Source: an uncultured Clostridia bacterium (lineage in GTDB: Bacteria; Bacillota; Clostridia; TANB77; CAG-508). Taken from it: a stretch of 59,222 nucleotides of DNA. The translations under genes were made by a program, and so were the position numbers. The stretch lies in contig CANQVM010000003.1 of the NCBI GenBank assembly GCA_947627265.1, forward strand, positions 1 through 59,222, given 5' to 3'. How positions within the stretch are numbered: the first letter of the stretch is position 1; each line of letters starts with the position of its first letter. Below are positions 21,461 to 31,761 of the stretch, in pieces. The notes beneath the pieces are model-generated. The model made no database searches, had not been told where the DNA came from, and saw only the letters and a program-made list of their open reading frames with translations.

Positions 21461-22759
21461 ATGAATAATAAACAAGAAATACAAAAGATGAGAAAAGTAA
21501 ATATGAAAATATTTCCTACATACAAGAAATTAGCATGGGATTATCTATTTTTTTATACAATTGATTTCTTATTTTTAACGCAGATAAAAGGAATAAGTGC
21601 ATCAGATGTTGTACTAAAAAGTACATTTTATGCTCTTTTTAGTAGCATTATGCAAATACCAGCTAACATTATTGTAGAGTTTTTAGGAAGAAAAAACAGC
21701 TTAATTTTAGGAAATATTTTTAATTGTTTTTATATGGTAATTATAATGATTAGTAGAAATTTGGGAGATTTAATATTGGCAGAATTTGTGAGTGCAGTAG
21801 CATCTTCCATAAAGAATATTGCAGAACCAAGTTTACTAAATGAATCAATACCACCATCAAAATATAAAAGTCAAATATTTTCTAAAATAAATGCAAAAGG
21901 AATATCAGGTTTTTATTTATTTAATGCTATTTCAAAAATAATATCAGGAATTTTATTTACAATCAATGGATATCTACCAATTATATGTTCTTTAGTCGTA
22001 TTAATTTTAGTGTCTGTATTATCGATAGGATTTATTGAGCCACTAAAAAGAAAAAATAAAAGTATCAATGAACTATTAAACAAAAAACAAATAAAAAATA
22101 TCAAAGATGGATTTTCTTATATACTAAAATCAGAAAGATTAAAAGCACTAATATTATGTTCTTCGTTAATTGTAACATTAATAGTAATACTTAGTAGTTA
22201 TATGGTAAGCTTATTAAAAGATTTAAGATTGTCATCTATAATAATAGGATTTATAGGAGCAATAGGAAGTTATTCTAGCTTTTATGCTTCAAAAAAACAA
22301 GAAAAATTTCATAATAAATTTAGAAACAAGTCTTTAATGATAAGTGCTATATTAATTTCAGCAAGTTCATTAATAGCTGGAATATGTGGATTAAAAGCTG
22401 AAAATAATACCATATTGATAGCTATTGTAATTCTAATGGATTTGATTTATTATTTTGGACAAGGAATATATCATACACTGATTGATAAATACTTAAGAAA
22501 TTTTTCAAATGAAGAAATTGATACAAAAATATTTGCAGCTAAGAATCTGTTTTCAAATATAGTTAAAGCAATAGGTGGAGTTGTTGCATCTTTCTTATTA
22601 AGTAAAACGACAACTGCATATTGTATGATAATAATAGGAATAATTTTTACAATAATATACATATTATTAGCTAAATATATGAAAAAAAGAGTTGGATTAA
22701 AGCCAGAAGAATATTCAGAAGAAGAAAGAAAATACGATGAATTAAAAGAATTAGATTAG
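21461..22759 (+). CDS. MFS transporter (paralogue 2)
   Basis: Homologous to neighbouring MFS genes; ATG 21461 aligns with the paralogue 3 start. Confidence 0.85.
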   Translation: MNNKQEIQKMRKVNMKIFPTYKKLAWDYLFFYTIDFLFLTQIKGISASDVVLKSTFYALFSSIMQIPANIIVEFLGRKNSLILGNIFNCFYMVIIMISRNLGDLILAEFVSAVASSIKNIAEPSLLNESIPPSKYKSQIFSKINAKGISGFYLFNAISKIISGILFTINGYLPIICSLVVLILVSVLSIGFIEPLKRKNKSINELLNKKQIKNIKDGFSYILKSERLKALILCSSLIVTLIVILSSYMVSLLKDLRLSSIIIGFIGAIGSYSSFYASKKQEKFHNKFRNKSLMISAILISASSLIAGICGLKAENNTILIAIVILMDLIYYFGQGIYHTLIDKYLRNFSNEEIDTKIFAAKNLFSNIVKAIGGVVASFLLSKTTTAYCMIIIGIIFTIIYILLAKYMKKRVGLKPEEYSEEERKYDELKELD

Positions 22760-22926
22760 TCCTAGAAGCGTATAATATTAATTTATTAAATAAAAATATG
22801 TTACTTATAAAAAAGGGAAATACGCCGAATTTTTACAATTAAAATGAACCACCAGAAACAGAGGTTTTATGTAATAAATTAAGTAAAAATGTTGGATAAA
22901 GTTATTTACAAAGGAGGAAGATCAAT

Positions 22927-24234
22927 TTGAGTAACAAAGAAGAAATACAAAAGATGAGAAAAGTAAATATGAAAATATTTCCTACATACAAAAAATTAGC
23001 ATGGGATTATCTGTTCTTCTATACAATTGATTTCTTATTTTTAACGCAGATAAAAGGAATAAGTGCTGCAGATGTAGTTTTGAAGAGTACATTTTATTCT
23101 TTTTTCATTATATTACTACAAATTCCAGCTAATATTATTGTAGAATTTTTAGGAAGAAAAAATAGTGTAATTTTAGGAAATATATTAAATTGCTTTTATA
23201 TGGTAGTTATAATGCTTAGTAGAAATCTAGGAGACTTAATATTTGCAGAGTTTATTTGTGCTATAGCATTTTCTATTAAAGATATTGCAGAACCAAGTTT
23301 ATTAAATGAGTCAATACCACCATCAAAATATAAAGGCAAAATTTATTCCAAAATAAATTCAAAAGGAGCATCAGGATATTATCTATTTAATGCTATTTCT
23401 AAAATTGTAGCAGGATTTTTATTTACAATAAATGGATATTTACCAATTGTATGTTCACTTGTTGTCCTAGTTATGGTTTCAATTATATCAATAGGATTTA
23501 TAGAACCACTAAAAAGAAGTAAAAGGAATATAAACGATTTACTGGGCAAAAAACAATTAAAAGATATGAAAGAAGGATTTGCTTATATCTTAAAATCTAA
23601 TAGACTAAAAGCTCTTTTGTTATGTGTATCTTTAATTTCACCATTATTAGCAATTCTAAGTAATTATCATGTTAGCTTACTAGAAGATTTAAAACTATCT
23701 GCTAATGTAATTGGGATTATAGCAGCAATAGGAAGTTTTATAAGCTCGTATGCATCAAAAAAGCAGGAAAAATACCATAATAAACTTAAAAACCGATCTA
23801 TGATAACTCTTGCAATTATTCTTTCAATTAGTACTTTAATTGGAGGAATTTGTGGACTAAAGGCAGAAGATTATGTAGTATTATTAATTATTGTAATTAT
23901 TACTAATATTATTTATAATTTTTGCCAAGGGATGTATTTCACCATCATAGATAAATATTTAAGAAATTTTTCAAATAAAGAAATAGATACAAAAATATTT
24001 TCTGCTAAGAATTTATTTTCAAATATTGGTAGAATGATAGGAGGACTTTTTGCATCATTTTTACTTGATAAAATGAAAACAGCTTATTGTATGATTATTC
24101 TTGGAATTATTTTTACAATATTATACATACTAATGGAAAAATATATGAAATCTAGAATTGGATTAAAGCCTGAAGAATATTCAAAAGAAGAAACAAAATA
24201 TGATGAACAAAAACAGATAAAACAAGAATTTTAA
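22927..24234 (+). CDS. MFS transporter (paralogue 3)
   Basis: N-terminus nearly identical to paralogue 2; AGGAGG RBS, TTG start. Confidence 0.85.
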   Translation: MSNKEEIQKMRKVNMKIFPTYKKLAWDYLFFYTIDFLFLTQIKGISAADVVLKSTFYSFFIILLQIPANIIVEFLGRKNSVILGNILNCFYMVVIMLSRNLGDLIFAEFICAIAFSIKDIAEPSLLNESIPPSKYKGKIYSKINSKGASGYYLFNAISKIVAGFLFTINGYLPIVCSLVVLVMVSIISIGFIEPLKRSKRNINDLLGKKQLKDMKEGFAYILKSNRLKALLLCVSLISPLLAILSNYHVSLLEDLKLSANVIGIIAAIGSFISSYASKKQEKYHNKLKNRSMITLAIILSISTLIGGICGLKAEDYVVLLIIVIITNIIYNFCQGMYFTIIDKYLRNFSNKEIDTKIFSAKNLFSNIGRMIGGLFASFLLDKMKTAYCMIILGIIFTILYILMEKYMKSRIGLKPEEYSKEETKYDEQKQIKQEF

Positions 24235-24267
24235 TTTGTATAAAATAAGATGTAAGAGGGAGTAAGA

Positions 24268-24821
24268 ATGTTTGAAACATGGGAAGAATTAGAAGAAAAA
24301 ATAAAAGGATGTCGACAATGTAAATTATATAAAACAAGACAAAATATAGTATTTGGAGTAGGAAATAAAAATGCAAAAGTAATGTTGATTGGAGAGGGAC
24401 CAGGAGCAGATGAAGATAGGATACGGAGAGCCATTTGTTGGAAGAGCAGGTAAATTAATGAATATGGCATTCCAAATGCTTGGAATTAAGCGAGAACAAG
24501 TATATATAGCAAATATCGTGAAATGTAGACCACCAATGAATAGAAATCCAGAAGAAGATGAATGTGTAGCTTGTATAAATTATTTAAGAAATCAGGTAAT
24601 GTTAGTGAGACCAAAAATTATTGTACTTTTGCGGAAGTGTAGCATTAACAAATATTTTAGGAAAAGAATATAAAATAACATCAGCTAGGGGGAAATGGGT
24701 AGAAAAAAATAAAATTAATTATATGCCAACTTGGCATCCAGCAGCACTACTAAGAGATGAAACAAAGAAATTAGACTTTATTGAGGATTTAAAATTAGTA
24801 TTAGATAAGTTAAATAACTAG
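24268..24821 (+). CDS. Family 4 uracil-DNA glycosylase, joined by two +1 shifts (CGG 24424 and 24632), 183 aa
   Basis: CRQC Fe-S, GEGPG, ED..GEPFVG, KCRPP.NR, LLG, WHPA motifs spread over three frames. Confidence 0.92.
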
Positions 24822-24923
24822 TCAGTTATATTGAATATGTTAATGTAATATTGTAAAATGATAAAGTAATTATAATAAAATTTTTAAAATAAATTTTATT
24901 AAGTTATACAAGGAGAAATAAAT

Positions 24924-26198
24924 ATGCAAGAAATAGAGAAAATAATTGAAAAAGCTAATTATTGTTTAAATTGTAAATTAAAACCTTGTTCAGAAAAGGG
25001 ATGTCCCTTAAATAATAACATACCAGAATTTATAAAATACATAAAAGAAGAAAATTATATTGAAGCATACAAGGTTCTTAGCAAAACAACTGTATTACCA
25101 GGAATTTGTGGAAGAATTTGTCCACATCAAAAACAATGTCAAGGTTCTTGTGTAAGAGGAATTAAAAATAATCCAGTATCTATTGGAGAATTAGAAGCTT
25201 TTGTATATGATAAAGTAAAAGAAAAAGGATATCATTTAATAGATTGTGTAGATCATATAAATAAAAGCAAAATCAAAAATAAAAAAGTTGCAGTTATTGG
25301 AGGAGGACCTTGTGGATTAACAGCAGCGGCATTTTTAGCTAAAAATGGTATAAAAGTTACAATTTACGAAAGATATGCTTATTTAGGTGGGCTTTTAATG
25401 TATGGAATTCCAGAGTTTCGTTTATCAAAACAGATAATAAAAACAACTATTAATGATATTTTAAATTTAGGAATAGAAGTTAAATATAATAAAGAATTAG
25501 GAAATAATTTAAGTTTACAACAATTACAAGATGAATATGATGCAATATTTTTAGCTTTTGGATCTAATGTTTCAATCAAAATGGGAGTAGAGGGAGAAAA
25601 TTTAAATGGAGTCTATGGCGGAAACGAATTATTAGAATATAATATGCATCCAAATTATAATGGAAAAATAGTAGCAGTTATAGGTGGCGGAAATGTAGCA
25701 ATGGACTGTGCTAGAACGATAAAAAGATTAGGTGCAAAAGAAGTAATAATAATTTATAGAAGAGCAAGAGAACAAATGCCTGCAGAGGATAAAGAAATAG
25801 AAGATGCGATAAAAGAAGGGGTAACATTTTTATATCAAAATAATATTGTAAAAATACTAGGAAAAAAAAGGGTTGAACAATTAGAATTAATAAAAACTAA
25901 ATTGATAAAAAAAGAAGGAGAAACAAGACTTATACCTATTAATATTGAAAATAGCAATTATAAAATAAATATGGATTATGTGGTAATGGCATTAGGCTCA
26001 AAGCCACAAGATTTTATAAAAACATTAGGACTAAATTTAAATAAATGGGGAAATATTGAGATAAATGAAGATTACCAGACATCAAAAAAAAATATATATG
26101 CAGGAGGGGATTTAGCAGGAATAAAAGGAACTGTAGCATGGGCATCATATTCAGGAAGAGAAGCAGCAAAAAAAATAGTAGAAAAAATAAAAGAGTGA
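24924..26198 (+). CDS. NAD(P)-dependent Fe-S flavin oxidoreductase (GltD/SudA/NfnB-like)
   Basis: CLNC...C...CP, CGRICP..QC..SC, GGGPCG and GGGNVAMD motifs. Confidence 0.9.
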   Translation: MQEIEKIIEKANYCLNCKLKPCSEKGCPLNNNIPEFIKYIKEENYIEAYKVLSKTTVLPGICGRICPHQKQCQGSCVRGIKNNPVSIGELEAFVYDKVKEKGYHLIDCVDHINKSKIKNKKVAVIGGGPCGLTAAAFLAKNGIKVTIYERYAYLGGLLMYGIPEFRLSKQIIKTTINDILNLGIEVKYNKELGNNLSLQQLQDEYDAIFLAFGSNVSIKMGVEGENLNGVYGGNELLEYNMHPNYNGKIVAVIGGGNVAMDCARTIKRLGAKEVIIIYRRAREQMPAEDKEIEDAIKEGVTFLYQNNIVKILGKKRVEQLELIKTKLIKKEGETRLIPINIENSNYKINMDYVVMALGSKPQDFIKTLGLNLNKWGNIEINEDYQTSKKNIYAGGDLAGIKGTVAWASYSGREAAKKIVEKIKE

Positions 26199-27303
26199 TT
26201 ACTCTTTTATTTTTTCATCTTTATTATTATTTGCAAATATTAATTTTTTAATAGCCTTGAATATAGCGAAAAACATATTTTCTTTTTGTGTAATTACTTT
26301 TAAAGCTGTTACAACTTCGCCATTTTCTAAAGCTATATATTTTTGTTCTAACTTTTCCATTTGATGTACATAATAGTCATTAAAGAATGTATATCCTTCA
26401 GTACAACCTAAGTAATCTTTAAAAGAATACAATTTTCTCCTATATAATTCAACTTGTTCTAAGCTAGTAATATTTTCAAAAGCTTTATCAAAGTAACTAG
26501 ATATAATCAAATTTTGGGTTCTCATAAAAGTTAAGGTAATTTCATTTTTTAATTCATCTATCCTTGCAACCATACCATCAATTTTTTTCTTTTTATTATC
26601 TATACCGGACAATTTTATTATTCAATTTAATAATTTCTTCTTCTGTATTTAAAAGAAAATCAATTGCATTTTGAATTGCAATAAAGACCTTCTTAGAAGT
26701 TAATTCTGCAAATTTCAATTTAAAATTATCAGAACTATTTAATGTACTTTCAAATAAGAGATCTTCTCCAACAACATAAGACATTTGGTTAACCAAGCAA
26801 CATTCTAAAGGATAGTAAGAAGGACTATTTGTTTCAAAGCTAATACCAAAATATTTTACATATTCTTTTGGAATACCATTTATTTTAGAAGCAATTAATT
26901 GAACTGCTGCTTCATTTAAACCAAGTCCATATATTTTAAATTCTGTATAATAACAAAGCCCCATTCTTAGTAAATAATTTTTTTTATCTTTAATTTCTTG
27001 TAGATAATGTATACATTCGTGAACTGCAAATTCTTCTAAATCCTCATCTTGAATATGTTCATTAAAGTAAATAGAAGTATTTTTATAAAAATACTTTGCT
27101 TCTGCCATTCCATCTGGCATTTTTGCTTTATACATATTTAATCTGGATAATTTAATAAAGAGTTCATTTTCATTAAAACCATATTGAGGAAAAACTGAAC
27201 AAATTTTTAGAGCAATATTTCTTGCAATAGAATTAACTTTTAAAGTATCGACTTTTTTAGTAACTTCAATTCCTTCTTTTTTTAAATCTGATTTTAAACT
27301 CAT
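26199..27303 (-). CDS. Putative zinc metallopeptidase-like protein, joined by a +1 shift at CGG 26607-26605, 367 aa
   Basis: HECIH plus downstream 'GLNEA' (gluzincin-like); GTC C|GGT ATA joins the two ORFs. Confidence 0.65.
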
Positions 27304-27425
27304 TTTAATTCTCCTTAGTTCAATCTATTAATATTATACTACAAAAGAAATGTTAATATATTTCAAAAATATTAAATATTAGTTACAGTTTAGTTACAAT
27401 GTCGAATTTTGTCAATAAAATTATA

Positions 27426-27454
27426 TTGACATTTTATTTAGTGCAAGTTATAAT
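27426..27454 (+). promoter_or_regulatory. Sigma-A promoter
   Basis: TTGACA-17bp-TATAAT consensus upstream of the ORF at 27510. Confidence 0.8.
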
Positions 27455-27509
27455 AATCCTATAATTAATATTATAATATTAAAAATTTTTGACAAGGAGG
27501 GAGAAAATT

Positions 27510-28022
27510 ATGCAAGATTTACAAGAAAATAAAATATTACTGGCTATTCAAAAGTTAAATTCAAAAATGGATGATATGCAGAAACAACTAAATGAGATAC
27601 CTGATATGAAAAAGCAATTAAATCTGATACCATATATGCAAGAACAACTAAAAGTAATACCTGAGATGCAAGAACAACTAAAAATAATACCTGAGATGCA
27701 AGAACAACTAAAAGTAATACCTGAGATGCAAGAACAACTAAAAGTAATACCTGAGATGCAAGAACAACTAAAAGCAATACCTAAGATGCAAGAACAACTA
27801 AAAGTAATACCTGAGATGCAAAAAGAGATACGTAGTATTAGTAGAACAGTTGCTAGAATTGAAGTTGTACATGGAGATAAATTATCAGCCTTATTTGATG
27901 CATTTACTGTACATTCAGAAAAACTAGAATCACACGAGAAAAGAATTCATGATTACGAAAAAAAGGTACAAAACCATGAAAATCAAATATATTATTTAAA
28001 ATCTAAATTTCAAGGATTATAA
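27510..28022 (+). CDS. Coiled-coil hypothetical protein with 10-aa repeats
   Basis: AAGGAGG RBS before ATG 27510; (MQEQLKVIPE)n. Confidence 0.8.
   Translation: MQDLQENKILLAIQKLNSKMDDMQKQLNEIPDMKKQLNLIPYMQEQLKVIPEMQEQLKIIPEMQEQLKVIPEMQEQLKVIPEMQEQLKAIPKMQEQLKVIPEMQKEIRSISRTVARIEVVHGDKLSALFDAFTVHSEKLESHEKRIHDYEKKVQNHENQIYYLKSKFQGL
27576..27822 (+). repeat. 30-nt coding tandem repeat, about 8 copies
   Basis: Unit ATGCAAGAACAACTAAAAGTAATACCTGAG. Confidence 0.95.
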
Positions 28023-28023
28023 A

Positions 28024-28063
28024 TGCCTATTGGAATTTAAGATAATATAAATCCTAATAGGCA
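28024..28063. terminator. Hairpin terminator between convergent genes
   Basis: TGCCTATTGGAATTTA...TAAATCCTAATAGGCA. Confidence 0.7.
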
Positions 28064-28071
28064 GACAAAAT

Positions 28072-30463
28072 TTATTTTACAACAATGTTATAAATTTTAT
28101 TTTTTACATATATTTCTTTTATAATTGTTTTATCATTTAATTTAGAATCAATTATATTATGCACTTTATTTTTAACAGAATTTTCTTCTTCATCTAGACT
28201 AATTTCAATAGTTGCTTTTAACTTACCATTAAATTGAATTGGCAAAGTGATAGTATTTGCAATTGTTTTTTCTTCATCGTATGTAGGCCATTTTTCATAA
28301 GAAATGGTATTATTGTGACCTAAAATATTCCATAGTTCTTCTGTAATATGAGGTGCAACAGGATTCAATAATTTTAAAAATCCTTCAGCATATTCTATTG
28401 GCAAAACTTTTTCTTTATTGACAGTATTTATAAAAATCATCATTTGAGAAATAGCTGTATTAAAATTCATAGTTTCATAGTCATTTGTAACTTTTTTTAC
28501 AGTATAATGATATATTCTTTCTAAGTTTTTGTTAGAACTATCACTTATTTTATTGGATTCTGTATATAATCTCCAAATTTTATCTAAAAACTTTTTAGAT
28601 CCATCAATTCCATTAGGATCCCATGGTTTAGCACTTTCTATTGGACCCATAAACATTTCATAAACTCTTAAACTATCTGCACCATATTGTTTAACCATAT
28701 CATCAGGATTAATAACATTTCCTTTTGATTTACTCATTTTTTCACCATTTGTTCCAAGAATCATACCTTGATGGCGTAGTTTGGTAAATGGTTCTTTTAC
28801 TGGCACATAACCTTTATTATATAAAAAGTTGTTCCAAAATCTTGAATACAATAGGTGACCTACAGCATGTTCAGGACCTCCAACATATAAGTCAACTGGC
28901 ATCCAATATTCAAGTAATTTCTTATCTGCCAATTCATTTTGATTTTTAGGATCAATATATCTTAAAAAATACCAACTAGAGCCAGCACTACCTGGCATTG
29001 TACTTGTTTCTCTTGTGGCTTTTTTTCCATCAAAAGTTGTATTAACCCAATCTGTAGCTTTGTCTAAAGGTGAGACACCAGATTTAGATGGAGCATAATC
29101 TTCAAGCTTAGGTAAAATTAATGGTAATTCGTTATCTGCAAGAGCTTTCATTTCATCATCCAAATATACAATTGGTATAGGTTCTCCCCAATAACGTTGT
29201 CTTGCAAAAATCCATTCACGTAATTTATAGTTGATTTTTTTAGTACCTACATTATTTTTCTCTAGCCATAAAATCATTTTTCTAATTCCATCTTCTTTAT
29301 TTAAACCATTTAAGAAATCAGAGTTGATATGTATTCCATCTCCTGTAAAAGCTTCTTTTGATATATCGCCTCCTTCTAATACAGGTATAATTTCTATTCC
29401 AAATTTAGAGGCAAATTCATAATCTCTTTGATCATGAGCAGGAACAGCCATAATACATCCAGTTCCATAAGTAGATAATACATAATCTGAAATCCAAATT
29501 GGAATTTGCTTTCCATTCACAGGATTGATAGCATAACTTCCAGTAAATACACCTGTTTTTTCTTTATTTAACTCTGTTCTTTCTAAATCAGATTTTGAAG
29601 CAGCTAATTTTTTATATTCTTCTACATCTTGTTTTTGAAAAGAAGTGGTAATGTTATTGACTATATCAAGCTCTGGAGCTAAAACACAATAAGTTGCACC
29701 AAATAAAGTATCAGGTCTTGTTGTAAATACGGTAAATTCCAAACCAGAAGAATTAGCAACTTTAAATCGAACTTCAGCACCTTCACTACGACCAATCCAA
29801 TTTCTTTGAATTTCTTTAGTAGATTCAGGCCAATCAAGATTATCTAATCCATCAAGCAAAATATCAGCATATTTGGGAATATCTAATACCCATTGTTTCA
29901 TATTTTTTCTAACAACAGGAAAGCCTCCTCTTTCACTTTTTCCATCTATAACTTCATCATTTGATAAAACGCATCCGAAGTTCTTCACACCAGTTAACAG
30001 GCATTTCTACTAATTTAGCTAAACCATCATTATATAATTGTTTAAAAATCCATTGGGTCCATTTATAATAATTAGGATCACAAGTTGAAATTTCTTTATC
30101 CCAGTCGAAAGACAAGCCAAGCATTTTTAACTGTTTTTTAAAAGTTTCTATATTTTTTTTAGTAAATCCATCAGGATGATTTCCAGTTTTAATAGCATAT
30201 TGCTCCGCAGGAAGACCGAATGCATCCCATCCCATTGGATGTAATACATTATATCCCTGCATTCTTTTCATTCTAGATATAATGTCAGTTGCTGTATAAC
30301 CTTCTGGATGTCCAACATGAAGACCTTGACCTGAAGGATAAGGAAACATATCTAATGCATAAAATTTAGGCTTTGAAAAATCCCAAACATTTGTATAAAA
30401 GGTTTTATTTTCCTCCCAATAGTTTTGCCATTTTTTTTCTATTTCATTAAATTTATAATCCAT
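28072..30463 (-). CDS. leuS: Leucine--tRNA ligase, joined by a +1 shift at CGG 29977-29975, 796 aa
   Basis: '[14 protein letters not shown]' (HIGH) in the first ORF, 'KMSKSKGN' in the second; CTT C|GGA TGC gives [14 protein letters not shown]. Confidence 0.96.
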
Positions 30464-30865
30464 AATTAGGCTCCTCTCATTTGATAAATTATTGTGACTA
30501 TTATACAACAAAAACAACTATAAAACAAGAATTAATTAACATTTTTATTTAGGTTTTATGTCATTTTAAAATCTTTTAAAATTAAATTATCATTTAATAT
30601 CTGTATTTAAATCTTATAAAGCACTATATACATCAATTCAAAACTTGCATTTCTAATATTTTTAAACAAGATAATATTTTTATTAGTAAATATGTTTTGA
30701 TTGTCTATACTATTGACAAAAAATAAAAAAAAGCTACAATAATATTAAACATTATAATAGTTAAAATAAATAAAAAATATGAAATATATAAAATTGTAAA
30801 ACACCTAAAGTGTACTAAAGAACAAATAAAGTTTCGTATTTAACGAGATAAAAGAGGTATGAAAA

Positions 30866-31651
30866 ATGATTGATATAATAAAAGCTAAACAAGCATTTAA
30901 AAATTACGTTAAAAAATATAATTCAAATGACAAAAAAATTGCCTTAAAAATAGCACATATAGAAAGAGTTGCTCAAATGGCAAAAAATATAGCTAAAAGT
31001 TTAAAATTAGAAAAGGAAGATGTAGACTTAGCAGAGCTAATAGGATTACTCCATGATATAGGAAGGTTTGAACAAATAAAACAGTATCATACTTTTGCTG
31101 ATAAAGATAGTATTAATCATGGTGAATTAGGAGTAAAAATCTTGTTTGAAGAAGGAAAAATAAGAAATTTTATTGCTACTACAAAATATGATAACATTAT
31201 AAAAAAATCAATTTTAAATCATAATCGAAAGAAAATTGAGAAAAGTTTAACAAAAAGAGAACTACTTCATGCTAAGATAATAAGAGATGCTGACAAAACA
31301 GATATATTATATATATTGACCTTTGAAGAAATGAAGACTGTTTATAATAAAGAAGATATATCAGATGAAAAAATAACAGATGAGATATATAAAGAATTTA
31401 TGCAAAATAAATTAATTGATTACCAGAAAGTACAAACTTGTGCAGATGAAAATGTTGTACACTTTGCTTATGTGTTTGATTTCTATTTTAAATATGGATT
31501 AAAATATATTTATGAAAAAAAATATTTAGAAAAAATATATAAAAGAGTTACTTTTTCAGACAAAGAAACTATGGAAAAATACAATTTTATGTATGAAACA
31601 GTAAAAAAATATGTACAAGATAAAATAGAAAAAAAAGATGACCAATATTGA
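30866..31651 (+). CDS. HD-domain phosphohydrolase
   Basis: 'H..RV', 'LLHDIGRF', 'IRDADK' motifs. Confidence 0.9.
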   Translation: MIDIIKAKQAFKNYVKKYNSNDKKIALKIAHIERVAQMAKNIAKSLKLEKEDVDLAELIGLLHDIGRFEQIKQYHTFADKDSINHGELGVKILFEEGKIRNFIATTKYDNIIKKSILNHNRKKIEKSLTKRELLHAKIIRDADKTDILYILTFEEMKTVYNKEDISDEKITDEIYKEFMQNKLIDYQKVQTCADENVVHFAYVFDFYFKYGLKYIYEKKYLEKIYKRVTFSDKETMEKYNFMYETVKKYVQDKIEKKDDQY

Positions 31652-31761
31652 AATTCACAAATCAAAATGGTATATATTTATTCAATTATAAAATATCAAA
31701 AAATAAATAAAAAGACAAGTAAGTTGGAAAATTATTTGATTAGAGAAAAAAGAAAAAAAGG

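Noticed and set aside
27576-27822. 30-nt repeats as a CRISPR array
   Set aside because: No unique spacers, the repeats are in frame within a CDS, and there are no cas genes.
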